A stretch of DNA of 64,000 bases from Antedon mediterranea (Eukaryota > Animalia > Echinodermata). Shown here one piece after another: positions 1 through 12,500 of the stretch. Each line of letters opens with the position of its first letter. Position 1 is the stretch's first letter. The stretch covers positions 734,201 to 798,200 of the forward strand of contig NC_092670.1 in assembly GCF_964355755.1 (NCBI RefSeq). The letters are read 5' to 3'. The translations under genes were made by a program, and so were the position numbers. The notes beneath the pieces were generated by a model that was not told where the DNA came from, made no database searches, and worked only from the letters and a program-made list of their open reading frames with translations.

Positions 1-551
1 TGTATTATGCACTTTATATGCATTCATTATTGCCAGCGATCTAACTACTAAACAATAGCTAGTACGCACTTGTCTGGCGGTATCCCTTTGTACGAATCGT
101 TCAACGTTGGGTCGAGACGAGTGATATCAAGTTCCATCCAGGGACCAAAATGTGTAATGTAGTTATTTTCCAGGCGAAGTTTACCGACGGTTACCGAAGG
201 GAACACGGGTACTTTTTGTCTGGGAATATAATATACAGTAAAAAGCGTTCGCGTTCACTTCGTAGCTTCAGCGCCTAGAAAACCGCGACGTTTCATTGAC
301 CGTGAGAGTACGTCAGAGTGATATTATGCACTTTATATGCATTCATTATTGCCAGCGATCTAACTTACTACTAAACAATAGCTAGGTACGCACTTGTCTG
401 GTGGTATCCCTTTGTACGAATCGTTCAACGTTGGGTCGAGACGCGTGATATCATGTTCCATCCAGGGACCAAAATGTGTACTGTAGTTATTTTCCAGGGA
501 AGTTTACCGACGGTTACGTCGTGTACTGTGTCGACGTACGCTACACTACAG

Positions 552-2241
552 CAGGCCTCGAATTTGGGGATTTTAGGGGCAAGGCCATTTGGCCTCCGGT
601 TTTCGTTGATTTGAGGGGCACCAAGGCCAAATGGGAGGGCACCAAGGCCATTTGTTTTAAATCGAAGGGGCACCAAGGCCAAAATTAAAAAATATTTTAA
701 TAACTAGGCCAAAATTTAAAAATAGCTTGTTTCCGGTTGAGCGCCCGGGTGGAATTTTTTTCAAAAAAAAAAAATTCTACCCGCAAACATTTTTGGGGGA
801 ATTTCCCCTATTCATCAGATTGCGTAGTAGTAGTAGGAGAGGACTGTCTACATCTTTTTGTATTTCATTATATATAAATATTACGTGTATTTACGATCCA
901 TATAAATAATAATTATTAAGGTACGATGTTTAGCGTTCACAGTTGTTTCGTTTAGTTTCAAACAATGCGATCAAAAAAAGGCATGTGAAGCCAGGCCCAA
1001 CGGGTAAAGACCCTAACAACAGCAAGCACTTAGCAGCACTAAGGCGCAGCGGACGGAGAACACAGGTTACAAAAACAATTTGTTTGTAGGCCTTAACTAC
1101 AACTATTCATACACAGAGTGTTAACCACGGTAAAAAATCAAGCCAATGACATTATGTTGTAGAATATAAATTATTGTTATTTTCCGAGTTTCGATTTCTG
1201 AAGCTTTTTTGTTAGTATAATCCATATTCATAAGAATTCAAAACACGGACGGACGCCGACCCCTCTCTCTCTCTCTCTCTGTTTAGCCTTCTGCACGTGT
1301 ATTGTGGACTATACCATTTCCTTGAGTTCGGTAAAAACGCGTTTGTTAATTTAGTGTACGACGTCGTTAAACAAGATTTTTCGATGATCTGTCGGCTGGA
1401 TTATTGAGGTGGGTGCGATAAAATATAAATATAATATACTTCCAACGATCTTCGGGTTGAGGTACCGGTTTAACTTTAGTACTAAAAGTTGACACCCCTA
1501 ATTTTACACGTATAATGGAATGGACTACACCATGCAGGAACGCACATGGTATTTTCATATCAGAGGGTGCGTGTACGTCAAAAGGAATTGTTTTTCCAAC
1601 GACCGATCCTTCGTACTCACACGTACGACGACGTCGTGTGAAATTTCTTATCAGAGGGTGCGTGTGCGTCAAATGGAATTGTTTTCCCAATGTGTATTGA
1701 ATCGCGTGTGTTTGTTGATCGGATCGGCGCGGCGGGAGGATAGGCTGGCTAGGACAAGGAGTGCGTGTAATTTTCTTTTCAACGAAGGCGGCTAGCTCGA
1801 TTATTGAGGCGGGGGTGGTGCGACTTTAATACTTTCAGTGACCTCCGATCGAGGAACGTTTTTAGCTTTATTATTAAAAGTGTACACCCCTGTATTTTAA
1901 TGTACTATCTATACCATTATTTACCACGCACGGCGGCCGGGACGATATTGTTTTGGTTATATAAATATGTTCGATGTTTTCTCTAAATGCGTTTAGGGAA
2001 ATCCCCTTGCAACGAAGACAGGCGATAGTTTTGCGTCTCGTCCGATATTCTTGACATTATTTTCTATCTACTTCAGTGGTTTTTATTGTGGTAAAACTCG
2101 GGAAGGGCACTCACGGCCAACACAAAAAAAAGGGCAGGCCAGTAGTGGCCGTGGGTGCTATTAATTTTCGAGGGCATTGAGGCCAACTGGGAGGGCACCG
2201 ACGGCACTGGCCGCGGTGGCCGCGGTAAAATTCGAGGGCTG
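552..2241. mobile_element. Non-autonomous TIR DNA transposon (family C), 6-bp TSD
   Basis: TIRs CAGGCCTCGAATTT / AAATTCGAGGGCTG (1 mismatch), flanked by direct repeat CTACAG. Subterminal GGGCAC/AAGGCC motifs at both ends; no transposase ORF. Confidence 0.8.
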
Positions 2242-2971
2242 CTACAGCAAAAACGAATTATGTTAATTGTTCGTATGTTCACCAATTTTTTAATTTACAA
2301 GTAACCTTCTGTACCGTGGGGCACCTAAAATAAATATTTCATCCATTACTAAACAAAAAAAACATGCCATTTTCGCTTAGCCAACATCTTATTATAGCTA
2401 AGTTATTAAATTTTCAATGTCCTGTATGTCATGAATTTCTCACCACTCGGAAGTCCAGATGGTACGCACGCATACACTTGGGAGGAATAAATTTATTTCC
2501 CCGACTGAAAAAGGTCTACGCTTGCGTTTTTTAAGCCTCTAGGCCTGATGTTTCCAAAGTATAAAATGCAATTTTTTGAAGACCTGCAGCTCTAGTTTTA
2601 AACATTTTCTTAGCTCTGCAGCCCCAACAATAAAGCTGGTCATATTTGGAAGTACAAGAAGTGCATTTTCCGGGACCTAACATCTCTATTTTTCAAACAT
2701 TTCTTAGCTCAGTCACAACCATGATAGGGACTTATATATTTTGTTTCATGTTTTGAAGTATAATAAATCCAATTTCCGGGACCTCCAACTCTACTTTTCT
2801 AAATTTTCTTTGAACTTTTATTTTCTAAATTGAAAAATATGGATTGAAACAGTCATCGCGCATCGCTTTTTTGCACGCAGTATTTTATTTATGCATTATA
2901 AAAAATGGTAAAAATGGCTACCCTAAATCTGATTAAAATGACCTCAAATGACGCTAGAACGCGTTGCTTAA

Positions 2972-4112
2972 AATGGACCTGAAATGGATTTTCGATTTTT
3001 TTTCATTTTAGAATGATGTTTTGGGGGCTATTAGGTGTTGCTAGAATGTATATTGTTACAAAATATAAATTGGCCCTTTTGGGGAAAGCTCCATATGAAA
3101 ATCAAAAAAATTCGCGGGTGACGTCACTTTGCGAATATATTCCTATCCCTCCAATGGACAATTTGCAGTTTTTTGGCTATAACTCTTGAAATCTATGGAG
3201 TATTTTCTAAAAAATGCTTGTGCATTTGCAGAAACGTATTTAGAATTTTTTTAGATAAAATTATTACCGTATAAACGGTTATTCATCGAGTAAATGACGA
3301 TTTAAAATCTTAAAATCAACAGTTTTTTTCTGGCAATACCGAAGTTGGCCTGGCAACGTTGTCCGGGATACAGCACCGTGTGCAATGATGCGTATCCATA
3401 TTTTCCGTTCATGTATTTTGTATATCGGTCGTAATTTATACTGCTAAAATGTGTTAGTTTCTTTAGTTTTAGTTTAGCAGAATTAAATTAGTAATATGAG
3501 ATGATAATTTATTTGTCACGAATCAGGCAGTTCGAAAACGAATTTTATTCATATTTTACTTTGGCTTGACAATGAGCGCAGCAAGTTGTTGATATCGCTT
3601 TGGTCCTTGGGGATGATACACATGAACGGAGCCTCGCCGCATGATGTGGGTGGTGGGTAGTGGGTGGTGGATCGGACTCCGCGCGCTAGATTGGGGGCCT
3701 AGGCCTAGTAAAGGTTTGGGAGGTAGGCCTTCTAAATTCGGGTTTTAGAACAAACAATTATTAGGGACCTATATTTCAACAACATTAGATATTGAATAAA
3801 TTAGTATTAGTGTCAACGCTTCACGTATCTTTCCAGGCCGTCGATCATTCACTGACTATTGGGTGGCATACACGCTCTCGATATCATCGTGTGTATGTGA
3901 CGTCGTGAATATAGAGGCTTCCGTCGGCCGTTGAAATAGAATACTGCAATGGCATGAGTAATTTTCGCTAATTTATTAAGGTATCTTAAAATTTTGTTTT
4001 TACTCAAAATACTATACATTTTGTTTTTATTTGTATGGGTTTGTGTTAATTTGATACATTTAAATAACATGTGTGAATTTCTTGAAAATTGAAAGTCCAT
4101 TTCAGGTCCATT
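2972..4112. mobile_element. Kolobok-like non-autonomous element, family A copy 1
   Basis: TIR AATGGACCTGAAATGGA at both ends; TTAA TSD at 2968-2971 and 4113-4116; RR termini. It interrupts family B sequence. Confidence 0.8.
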
Positions 4113-5282
4113 TTAAAGGGGGTTTGCCCCCTGGACACCCACCGGGGGCCCTTAGCGGCCCCCTGCCTAGTGATGCTCGCATAGCCCCCTCGTCGGAGAA
4201 TATAGCCCCCCGCGTCGGGAAGATCCTGGCGCCACCGCTGGCTACAACTGCAAATTGCAAGTGCGCTATTATTAGAGTGTAATTTCCGGCCAATTAGAGG
4301 TGCCATTTATCATGGTTTTTACGTGCTAGAGTACCATTCCTGGCCATCTTGGGTTGTCATTTAACAAAATTCGCTTTGCCACAGACCCCACCATACGCAA
4401 TGTTGGGTCGCGAGAATTGCCAAATCATGGGGTCGTAGTCAAAAAAGATTACGGAACGCTGGACTAGACTACTCACTATGGTAAAAGATCTATCGATAAA
4501 CAATAGATAGAAATGATAAAGTATAAATATCTCTATCTTTCAAATATTTCTTTAGTTGCTTTATATTTTTTTTTAAATATAGATAATTGTTTTGGAATTC
4601 CAAACAAATAGTATTGCCTAGACAATCATTAAAATGGACCTGAAATGGAATTTCGATTTTCAAGAAATTCACACATGTTATTTAAATGTATCAAATTAAC
4701 ACAAACCCATACAAATAAAAACAAAATGTATAGTATTTTGAGTAAAAACGAAATTTTAAGATACCATGGTAAATTAGCGAAAATTACTCACGCCATTGCA
4801 ATATTCTATTTCAACGGCCGTCGGAAGCCTCTATATTCACGACGTCACATATACACACGATGATCGAGAGCGGGTATGCCGCCCGATAGTCAGTGAATGA
4901 TCGACGGCCTGGAAAGATACGCGAAGCGTTGACACTAATACTAATTTATTCAATATCTAATGTTGTTGAAATATAGGTCCCTAAAATGTACTTCGTTTGT
5001 TGTAAAACCCGAATTTAGAAGGCCTACCTCCCAAACCTTTACTAGGCCTAGGCCCCCAATCCAGCGCGCGGAGTCGATCCACCACCCACATCATGCGGCG
5101 AGGCTCCGTTTCATGTGCATCCAAGGACCAAAGCGATATCAACAACTTGCTGCGCTCATTGTCAAGCCAAAGTAAAATATGAATAAAATTCGTTTTCGAA
5201 CTGCCTGATTCGTGACAAATAAATTATCATCTCATATTACTAATTTAATTCTGCTAAACTAAAAACTAAAGAAATTACGAAC

Positions 5283-7599
5283 CAGGCCCGTAGCCAGGGG
5301 GGGTTTTTATGGTTCGGGCGAACCCCCCCTTTACAGCGAACCCCCCTTAACCAACTGCGAACCCCCATCCCCGACATGCCCAATACCTCACCCTCATCTC
5401 CAAAAATCCTCCAAATACGTGCCCCACAGTACAAAAAGTTGTTTGTAAATTGAAAAATTCGTAAACTTGTTCGTGAACCTTCTTCTCTGTATGAGCGTCA
5501 ACTAGTGATACGTGTCTGTAAATTTCTGAAAGCTGCAAATAAATTGCCGATTTTAACCTGAAAAATAAATGTTTGGTCCAGTGGTGGCGCCAGCAGGGGG
5601 CCTACGGGGGCTCTAGCCCTCTCGTCGGGGAGCCTAGCCCCCCCCCGTCGGGGAACACGGTACTTTTTGTCGGGGAATATAATATACAGTAAAAAACGTT
5701 CGCGTTCACTTCATACAGCTTCAGCGCCTAGAAAACCACGACGTTCCATTGACCGTAAGAGTACGTCAGAGGGCTATTATGCACTTTTATGCATTCATTA
5801 TTGCCAGCGATCTAACTTACTACTAAACATTAGCTAGGTACGCACTTGTCTGGCGGTATCCCTTTGTACGAATCGTTCAACGTTGGGTCGAGACGCGTGA
5901 TATCAAGTTCCATCCAGGGACCAAAATGTGTAATGTAGTTATTTTCCAGACGAAGTTTACCGACGGTTACCGAAGGGAAATACCGAAGGGAACATGCACG
6001 GGTCCTTTTGTCGGGGAATATAATATACAGTACCGTGGGGCACCTAAAATAAATTTTTCATCCATTTACTAAACAAAAAAACATGCCATTTTCGCTTAGC
6101 CAACATCTTATTTTAGCTAAGTTATTACAATGTCCTGTATGTCATGAATTTCTCACCACTCGAAGGTCCAGATGGTACGCACGCATACACTTGGGAGGAA
6201 TAAACTTATTTCCCCGACTGAAAAAGGTCTACGCTTGCGTTTTTTAAGCCTCTAGGCCTGATGTTTCCAAAGTATAAAATGCAATTTTTTGAAGACCTGC
6301 AGCCTCTAGTTTTAAACATTTTCTTAGGTCAGCCCCAACAATAAAGCTGGTCATTATTTCGAAGTACAAGAAGTGCATTTTCCGGGACCTAACATCTCTA
6401 TTTTTCAAACATTTCTTAGCTCAGTCACAACCATGATAGGGACTTATATATTTTGTTTCATGTTTTGAAGTATAATAAATCCAATTTCCGGGACCTCCAA
6501 CTCTATTTTTCTAAATTTTCTTTCAACTTTTATTTTTTAAATTGAAAAATATGGATTGAAACAGTCATCGCGCATCGTTTTTTTGCACGCAGTATTTTAT
6601 TTAGGCCTTATGCATTATAAAAAATGGAAAAAATGGCTACCCTAAATCTGATTAAAATGACCTCAAATGACGCTAGAACGCGTTGCTTCCGGGGGCTTCG
6701 CCCCCCCCCCTCGACCCACACCGGGGGCCCTTGGCGGCCCCCTGGCCCCCAGCCTAGTGATGCTCGCTTCGCTCGCATAGCCCCCTCGTCGGGGAATGTA
6801 GCCCCCGCGTCGGGAAGATCCTGGTGCCACCCCTGGTTTGGTCCCTGCATGTAACATGATATTGACGCGTCTCATAGCGAGCTGGCGCACGAACGATTCG
6901 TACAAAGGACACCGCCAGACAACTGCGTACCTATTGTTTAGATCACTGGCAGTCAGGCAGCATGCATAAAGTATAGCCTTCCGACGTACATCAGTATTTA
7001 TGTGCGACTATGAAGTATAATGTATCATAGAGGATAGTGAATATTAATATTTTACACTATAATATCTATGGTATCAAGTACTGTAGTTCACATTATGGCA
7101 TCCGATTATTTTTTTCTAGACCACCAGCCGATACGTACTAAAATGTATCAATATCACCTATTTACATATTTATATTCCTCAACAAATTGCTGTAAATAAA
7201 TATTATAGATAGAGCTAGCAAATAGCATTTGCCTTCACCCAGTGTGCTTTTTTCGGGGCTGCTCCTAGATATACGTTCGCATTGAACTTGAACGCAAAAC
7301 AAAATACGGAGTAAATGATCAAACAATCGGCGGTTCCGCACAGAGCAAGCGCATCTAACATACGGCAACAAATAGTTATCGTCATTTAAATTATCGACGT
7401 GTTTGAGGAGGAGGAAAAAAGTACGATCTTTTTGCTCATTGGTTATATAGCATGCTGCACGAGAGTGTCTTTTCCGGCCATCTAGGGGTGTCATTTAACA
7501 AAATTCGCTTCGCATCAGGCTGGGGGGGGGGGGGGGGGGGGGTTGACCCAAATATTTAGTGTCCGAACCCCGCCTTGACAGATCCTGGCTACGGCCCTG
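5283..7599. mobile_element. Non-autonomous TIR DNA transposon (family D), 5-bp TSD
   Basis: TIRs CAGGCCCGTAGCCAGG / CCTGGCTACGGCCCTG; TSD CGAAC (5278-5282, 7600-7604). The empty site is visible in family A copy 1 near 3425. Confidence 0.8.
5579..6835. mobile_element. hAT-like non-autonomous element, family B copy 2 (complete)
   Basis: TIRs CAGTGGTGGCGCCAG / CTGGTGCCACCCCTG; perfect 8-bp TSD GTTTGGTC (5571-5578, 6836-6843). Confidence 0.88.
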
Positions 7600-8288
7600 C
7601 GAACGATATACAAAATACACGAACGGAAAATATGGATACGCATCAATGCGCACGGAGCTGTATCCCGGACAACGTTGCCAGGCCAACTTCGGTATTGCCA
7701 GAAAAAAACCGTTGATTTTAAGATTTTAAATCGTCATTTACTCGATGAATAACCGTTTATACGGTAATAATTTTATCTAAAAAAATTCTAAATACGTTTC
7801 TGCAAATGCACAAGCCTTTTTTAGAAAATACTCCATAGATTTCAAGAGTTATAGCCAAAAAACTGCAAATTGTCCATTGGAGGGATAGGAATATATTCGC
7901 AAAGTGACGTCACCCGCGAATTTTTTTGATTTTCAAATGGGGCTTTCCCCAAAAGGGCCAATTTATATTTTGTAACAATATACATTCTAACAACACCTAA
8001 TAGCCCCCAAAACATCATTCTAAAATGAAAAAAATCGAAAGTCCATTTCAGGTCCATTTTAAGGCTAGTGACCTTCATTCAGGTAATAAAGAACACGTGA
8101 AAAGGTAAGGTGTCTGATTACACCTACCTAGCCTAACATTTTGGCTAAACGTGGCATGCAGTGAGTTGATTGAACATTCCTCGCTGATTATGCACAAAAT
8201 AAGCTAACATAACATACACTACAGTGTAGTGACTAAATATGCATACACAACAACTCAATAAATCATTAATAACTATTCGGCAACCTAC

Positions 8289-8440
8289 CTGTGGGGTTGC
8301 CCGAGTTGTAAACGTCACAGGGCAGTCCTCAGTCTCCTCATCAACAACACAACGATTTCACAGCCTCCAGATCCTTACCTCAGCTTCCTCAACTGTCACA
8401 GACACAGACGGGAGGCCAAGCCGGCCAGGCAGGGAGTGTT
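8289..8440 (-). other. Candidate 5' non-coding exon of a minus-strand gene lying left of the window
   Basis: Acceptor tttcag| at 8441 and two strong donors (GAG|gtaagg at 8379, CAG|gtaggt at 8289). GC-richer than its flanks; no credible ORF. Confidence 0.35.
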
Positions 8441-9518
8441 CTGAAATTTAAAAACTCTCTAAAACGCCGCCTAAGTATACTCTGCAAAATATAACAACCT
8501 ACAAGATCGAATAAAAGCTTATTTTAACTGCTAGTACGATAAAAAATATGTTGGTCTTCCTTCGAATTCAACAAATTTTAGAATGAAAAGATTGGTATTT
8601 CTGTCGGTTTTTCCATGTTCTCCGGAAACTGGAAATTCCCTCGTTGTTGGTTGATAAAAAATGGAATAATCCACAATAATTTACGGTTCTGAGTTAATAA
8701 TCTTCGAAATATTTAATTATTATACATTTTATTTATATATATATAGATTAAATGTATAAAATATCCCGTACTATAATTGAAATTGGATTTAAATTTACTA
8801 TTAAGTGCATATTTTTATTTTAGAAAACCAATAGTGTACCTATTTACTAATGGAATAACCCAAATCCGAGAGTATTATCAAACACAAGAATCTCCTGTTC
8901 TTCAATTTGCATTCAAAACACAGTATCGGAAGTACAGGGTTAAAAGGTCAAACTGGGCGACACCATTTCACAGCATGGAGCAGCGCCCCCTCCAAACTAG
9001 GAAGTCAATTACTCTACCCCCTTAGAGTATTAGCAGATCCCCTCTATGATTTTGACTTTCTAATTTGATGCGGGCGCCCTACTCCATGGCTCACAATGGC
9101 GCCACCCATAGCTCTATTCTATCCCACAATGCCTTTCGAAATTGTTACGCGCTTCGGACGAACAGGAGATTCTTGTGTTATAAGTTCTTTGGTATTATTG
9201 GTCTGAACATTAGATTGGATGATAACCATCTATCAGGGCGGTATCAAACGAGGTCTAAAGGGCAATTCAATATGGCACTCTGACTTCAGGTGACAAAATG
9301 TACATTTGAATGATGACATTAACAAAATAATTACACAAATCATCAGACCAAAATTATGAGATTGCCGAGTTTAAAAAAAAATATTCACCTTTCTGCTAAA
9401 TACAACTAAGATATAAAGGCATGGGAAACAGCATGGAGTAAAGAATAAGAATAATTATTCTTACTCCATGGAAACAGCAACAGTTGTCTGTCAACATAAC
9501 ACCAAAAACAATAATTAA

Positions 9519-12500
9519 GAGCCATTGTCTGTAAGAATCAAAGAAATATCAAAAAGAGTGGCAGACTCAAAAAAATGGATTTCTTTCAAATTTTGCACAT
9601 GGCCGGCTATATATGTGTTGAGAGAAATCAAATATGAAGTATTTTTTATTTCACACGTATATTTCCATGGCAACGGCCAAATTTGTGTTTTTGACAAATT
9701 TTGTCCTTTTTTAAGGTTTTTAGAAATGGATATTGGTACTACTTTGATGAACGATATTTTTGTTTTTTTCCTTTAATTATAAAAAATAATTAGTGTATGC
9801 ATAATAACAATGCATTGTGTACCTGTTTCAAATTTTTATATTTTTTTTTATTTCATACTTTGGGAGATACCATTTATTTAAAAAGGGGTGTTTTTCACTT
9901 TGTTTAAATTGTTCAATGCAACTAAACTTTACTTCACCATAACGCCCAAAGTGGTGTATTGTTTTAGCTGATTTATTACAAATAGGTAGTTCTAATGTTT
10001 AATAATTGATTTCTAAAATAAAATACTGGGGTAAATTTAAAATCTACAAGCAGTGTTGCGAGAAACATAGGCATTTTTATAAAAAAAAAAACATGGTATA
10101 TTAGTAAAAACATTTTATTTTCTTTGATTATTTGATTTGAAACTCATTGGTCAGAAAAATTCTTAATGTTTTATATAGTTCTAGTTGTGTTGTGAGAAAA
10201 AAAAAATTGTTTAATTATAGATTCTGTAATTCCCAGTTTTAATGTCATTTTATAGGTTATATCCTCTGGAAATTTGAATAAATTATCAGATCATAAATCG
10301 TCAGATTACTCCTCTCTTATTTTGAAGCTCCTCTTTTATTTGTTTACTTCTTTTATTTGCTAACCTAAGCAGATCCCACATGCCCATCCACCACCACTTT
10401 CAACTACCACCCCTCCCCCCCCCACCCCCACCCCGACTATAACCACAAAAATATAAACTGCAACACTTTGGTCGATCATCCACTATAGAGTGTCAAATGC
10501 ATGCATTCAAGCACCACCCACACTGCCGCTACTATCGCCCCAATGAATAGACGGATTCAAACTCCTCCATCCCACCCCCTCCCCCTTTCTCCAAGCCCCC
10601 ACCCACCCCAAGTTAAAAATTGCAATGCAAAGATAGGACATACAGTTAAGTTTTTAGACCCTCGCCTTCAACCCCTAACTATTTAAAAGTCCTGGATCCA
10701 CCACTTTCCCCTCCCCAAAATAGAACCAATCAAAAGTCAATAATATACTCAGGTATGTTAATGCTACATAACAAATATTGAAGCCCTGATTTGAAATTTC
10801 ATTTCATTTAAGGTCAGCATGTAAAATATCACACATTATTATTAAATATTGTTTTTAAATTCTATATTTTTTTACTGTGATGGTTGGATTCAGTATTAAT
10901 TATTAATTAATAATTATCTGATAATTATTTAATTTCCTTAGTTATGCATAGCAACAGTTACTATGGTAACTAAAATTGAGATATTCTTTAGATTTTGCAT
11001 ATTTATCTTATACAAATTTAAATTTGTAGATTATTAGCAGGCATGCCTTATTTGTATTTTCAAATTACCGTTTCACAAGGTCATATTCGTAAGCACTTTC
11101 TTCTGTGATTATTTTTATTCATGAAAACCCCATATTTTATTTACAGCGGCCACCTCCCTTAACGGACGCACTTTGAAAAGTCTGCTTGTTCTTCCTATCT
11201 AATTAGTGCATTTGGTGCTTACCGTAAGCAGCTGCGGGCACCTTTTTATACAAAAAATGAGATTTTTTGTAAGCGGCCAATCGAAAAATGTGATACTTAT
11301 TGCATGGACCTATGAATTAGAGGTGCATGTTTATTGTATTTCTTTATATATTAGCTTTATTTTGAAGAGGTTTTAAAAACATTACTGTGAAGAGATGAGA
11401 AAACTACACAGATTTTGACCGACCATTTTTCATATGATAAAAGTTTTTAAAATTGTCTGAAAATGCTAAAAAATACTAAACCACCTGATTATAAATAATA
11501 ATAGGCCTACAATTATAAGCGGCCACTTTTCCAGGTCCCGAGGGTGGCCACTTACGGGAGGTTCAACTGTATTTAAAAAAACAATTATCCTTAGTTATGC
11601 ATAGAAACAGGTTCTAAGATAACATAAATAATACATTTTGACATAACTGACCCAACAAATGACCCTTTCACAAGGTCAGACATTTCTGGGATTCAGTAGA
11701 TAAGTAAATTTTGGAAAAAGTAGTAAAGCTATGTAATCAATTGTTTGTAGTCATGAAACCCCATATTAAAAATATTGTACTTAGTTACGTATAGAAACAG
11801 TTGCTACAATACATTATAGGTAAAATATTAATGTCATTTTTTTCATGAAAACTCCATATTTAATTTTTTTTTTTAAATATCATTAGTTACAAGTTTAAGA
11901 TAACACTAACGGTCATTTTTTTACCTTTATTCAGATTCGTCAAGACTTTCTTTCTGAGATTATTAGGATTCAGTATTTAAAGTAAATTTGGCAAAAAGTA
12001 GAAATGTAAAACTATGTAGAAAAAATGTTTTGTATTTATGAAAAACCCATTATTTTTTTGAAATTTTCGCATAGAAACAGTTACTATGGTAAAATGTTAA
12101 CCTCAAAATGAATGAATTTACAAGGTCAAGTTTGTCATTAATGGAATGCAGTAGGCCTAGAAGTAAAATTGAGAAAAATTACAAATGCAATCAATTCTTT
12201 GTATTTATAAAAACGTCATTGTTTACGTTTTTTTAAAAAATTACTTTCCTTAGTTACACATTAGTTGCTAAGGTAACACTATAGGTAAAATATGAAAATT
12301 GTTGAGAATTGTTATGAACTATCTTGTAAATTTTGATCCGAACATTAATAGTTGTAGTAAAGTGGGGACCTGTCCTGTTTTGCATTCTGACCCCTTTTGA
12401 CCTCAAATGACCTATTTACAAGGTCAGATTTTTTGGGAGGTCTTTCTGTATCTCTTTACACAAAATAGATTTAAAAATTTATAAAAACCATTGACGCAAT

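Larger units (their letters stand above)
1..4240. mobile_element. hAT-like non-autonomous element, family B copy 1 (left end outside window), carrying two nested insertions
   Basis: Segments 1-530, 2310-2967 and 4117-4240 match the copy at 5579-6835. Right TIR CTGGCGCCACCGCTG ends at 4240. Internal tandem duplication of ~320 bp at the start of the window. Confidence 0.8.
4633..8058. mobile_element. Kolobok-like non-autonomous element, family A copy 2 (opposite orientation), with nested D and B elements
   Basis: TTAA at 4629-4632 and 8059-8062; same TIR as copy 1. Segments 4633-5282 and 7600-8058 are the reverse complement of 2972-4112. Confidence 0.8.

Noticed and set aside
425-8078. Numerous 60-110 aa ORFs in the first 8 kb
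   Set aside because: Nearly all lie within non-autonomous TIR elements, recur between copies with frameshifts, and show no recognisable domain.
8978-8995. CTCF-like motif GCAGCGCCCCCTCC (similar partial matches near 16565, 59540 and 60275)
   Set aside because: Only partial consensus matches; cannot be supported without binding data.
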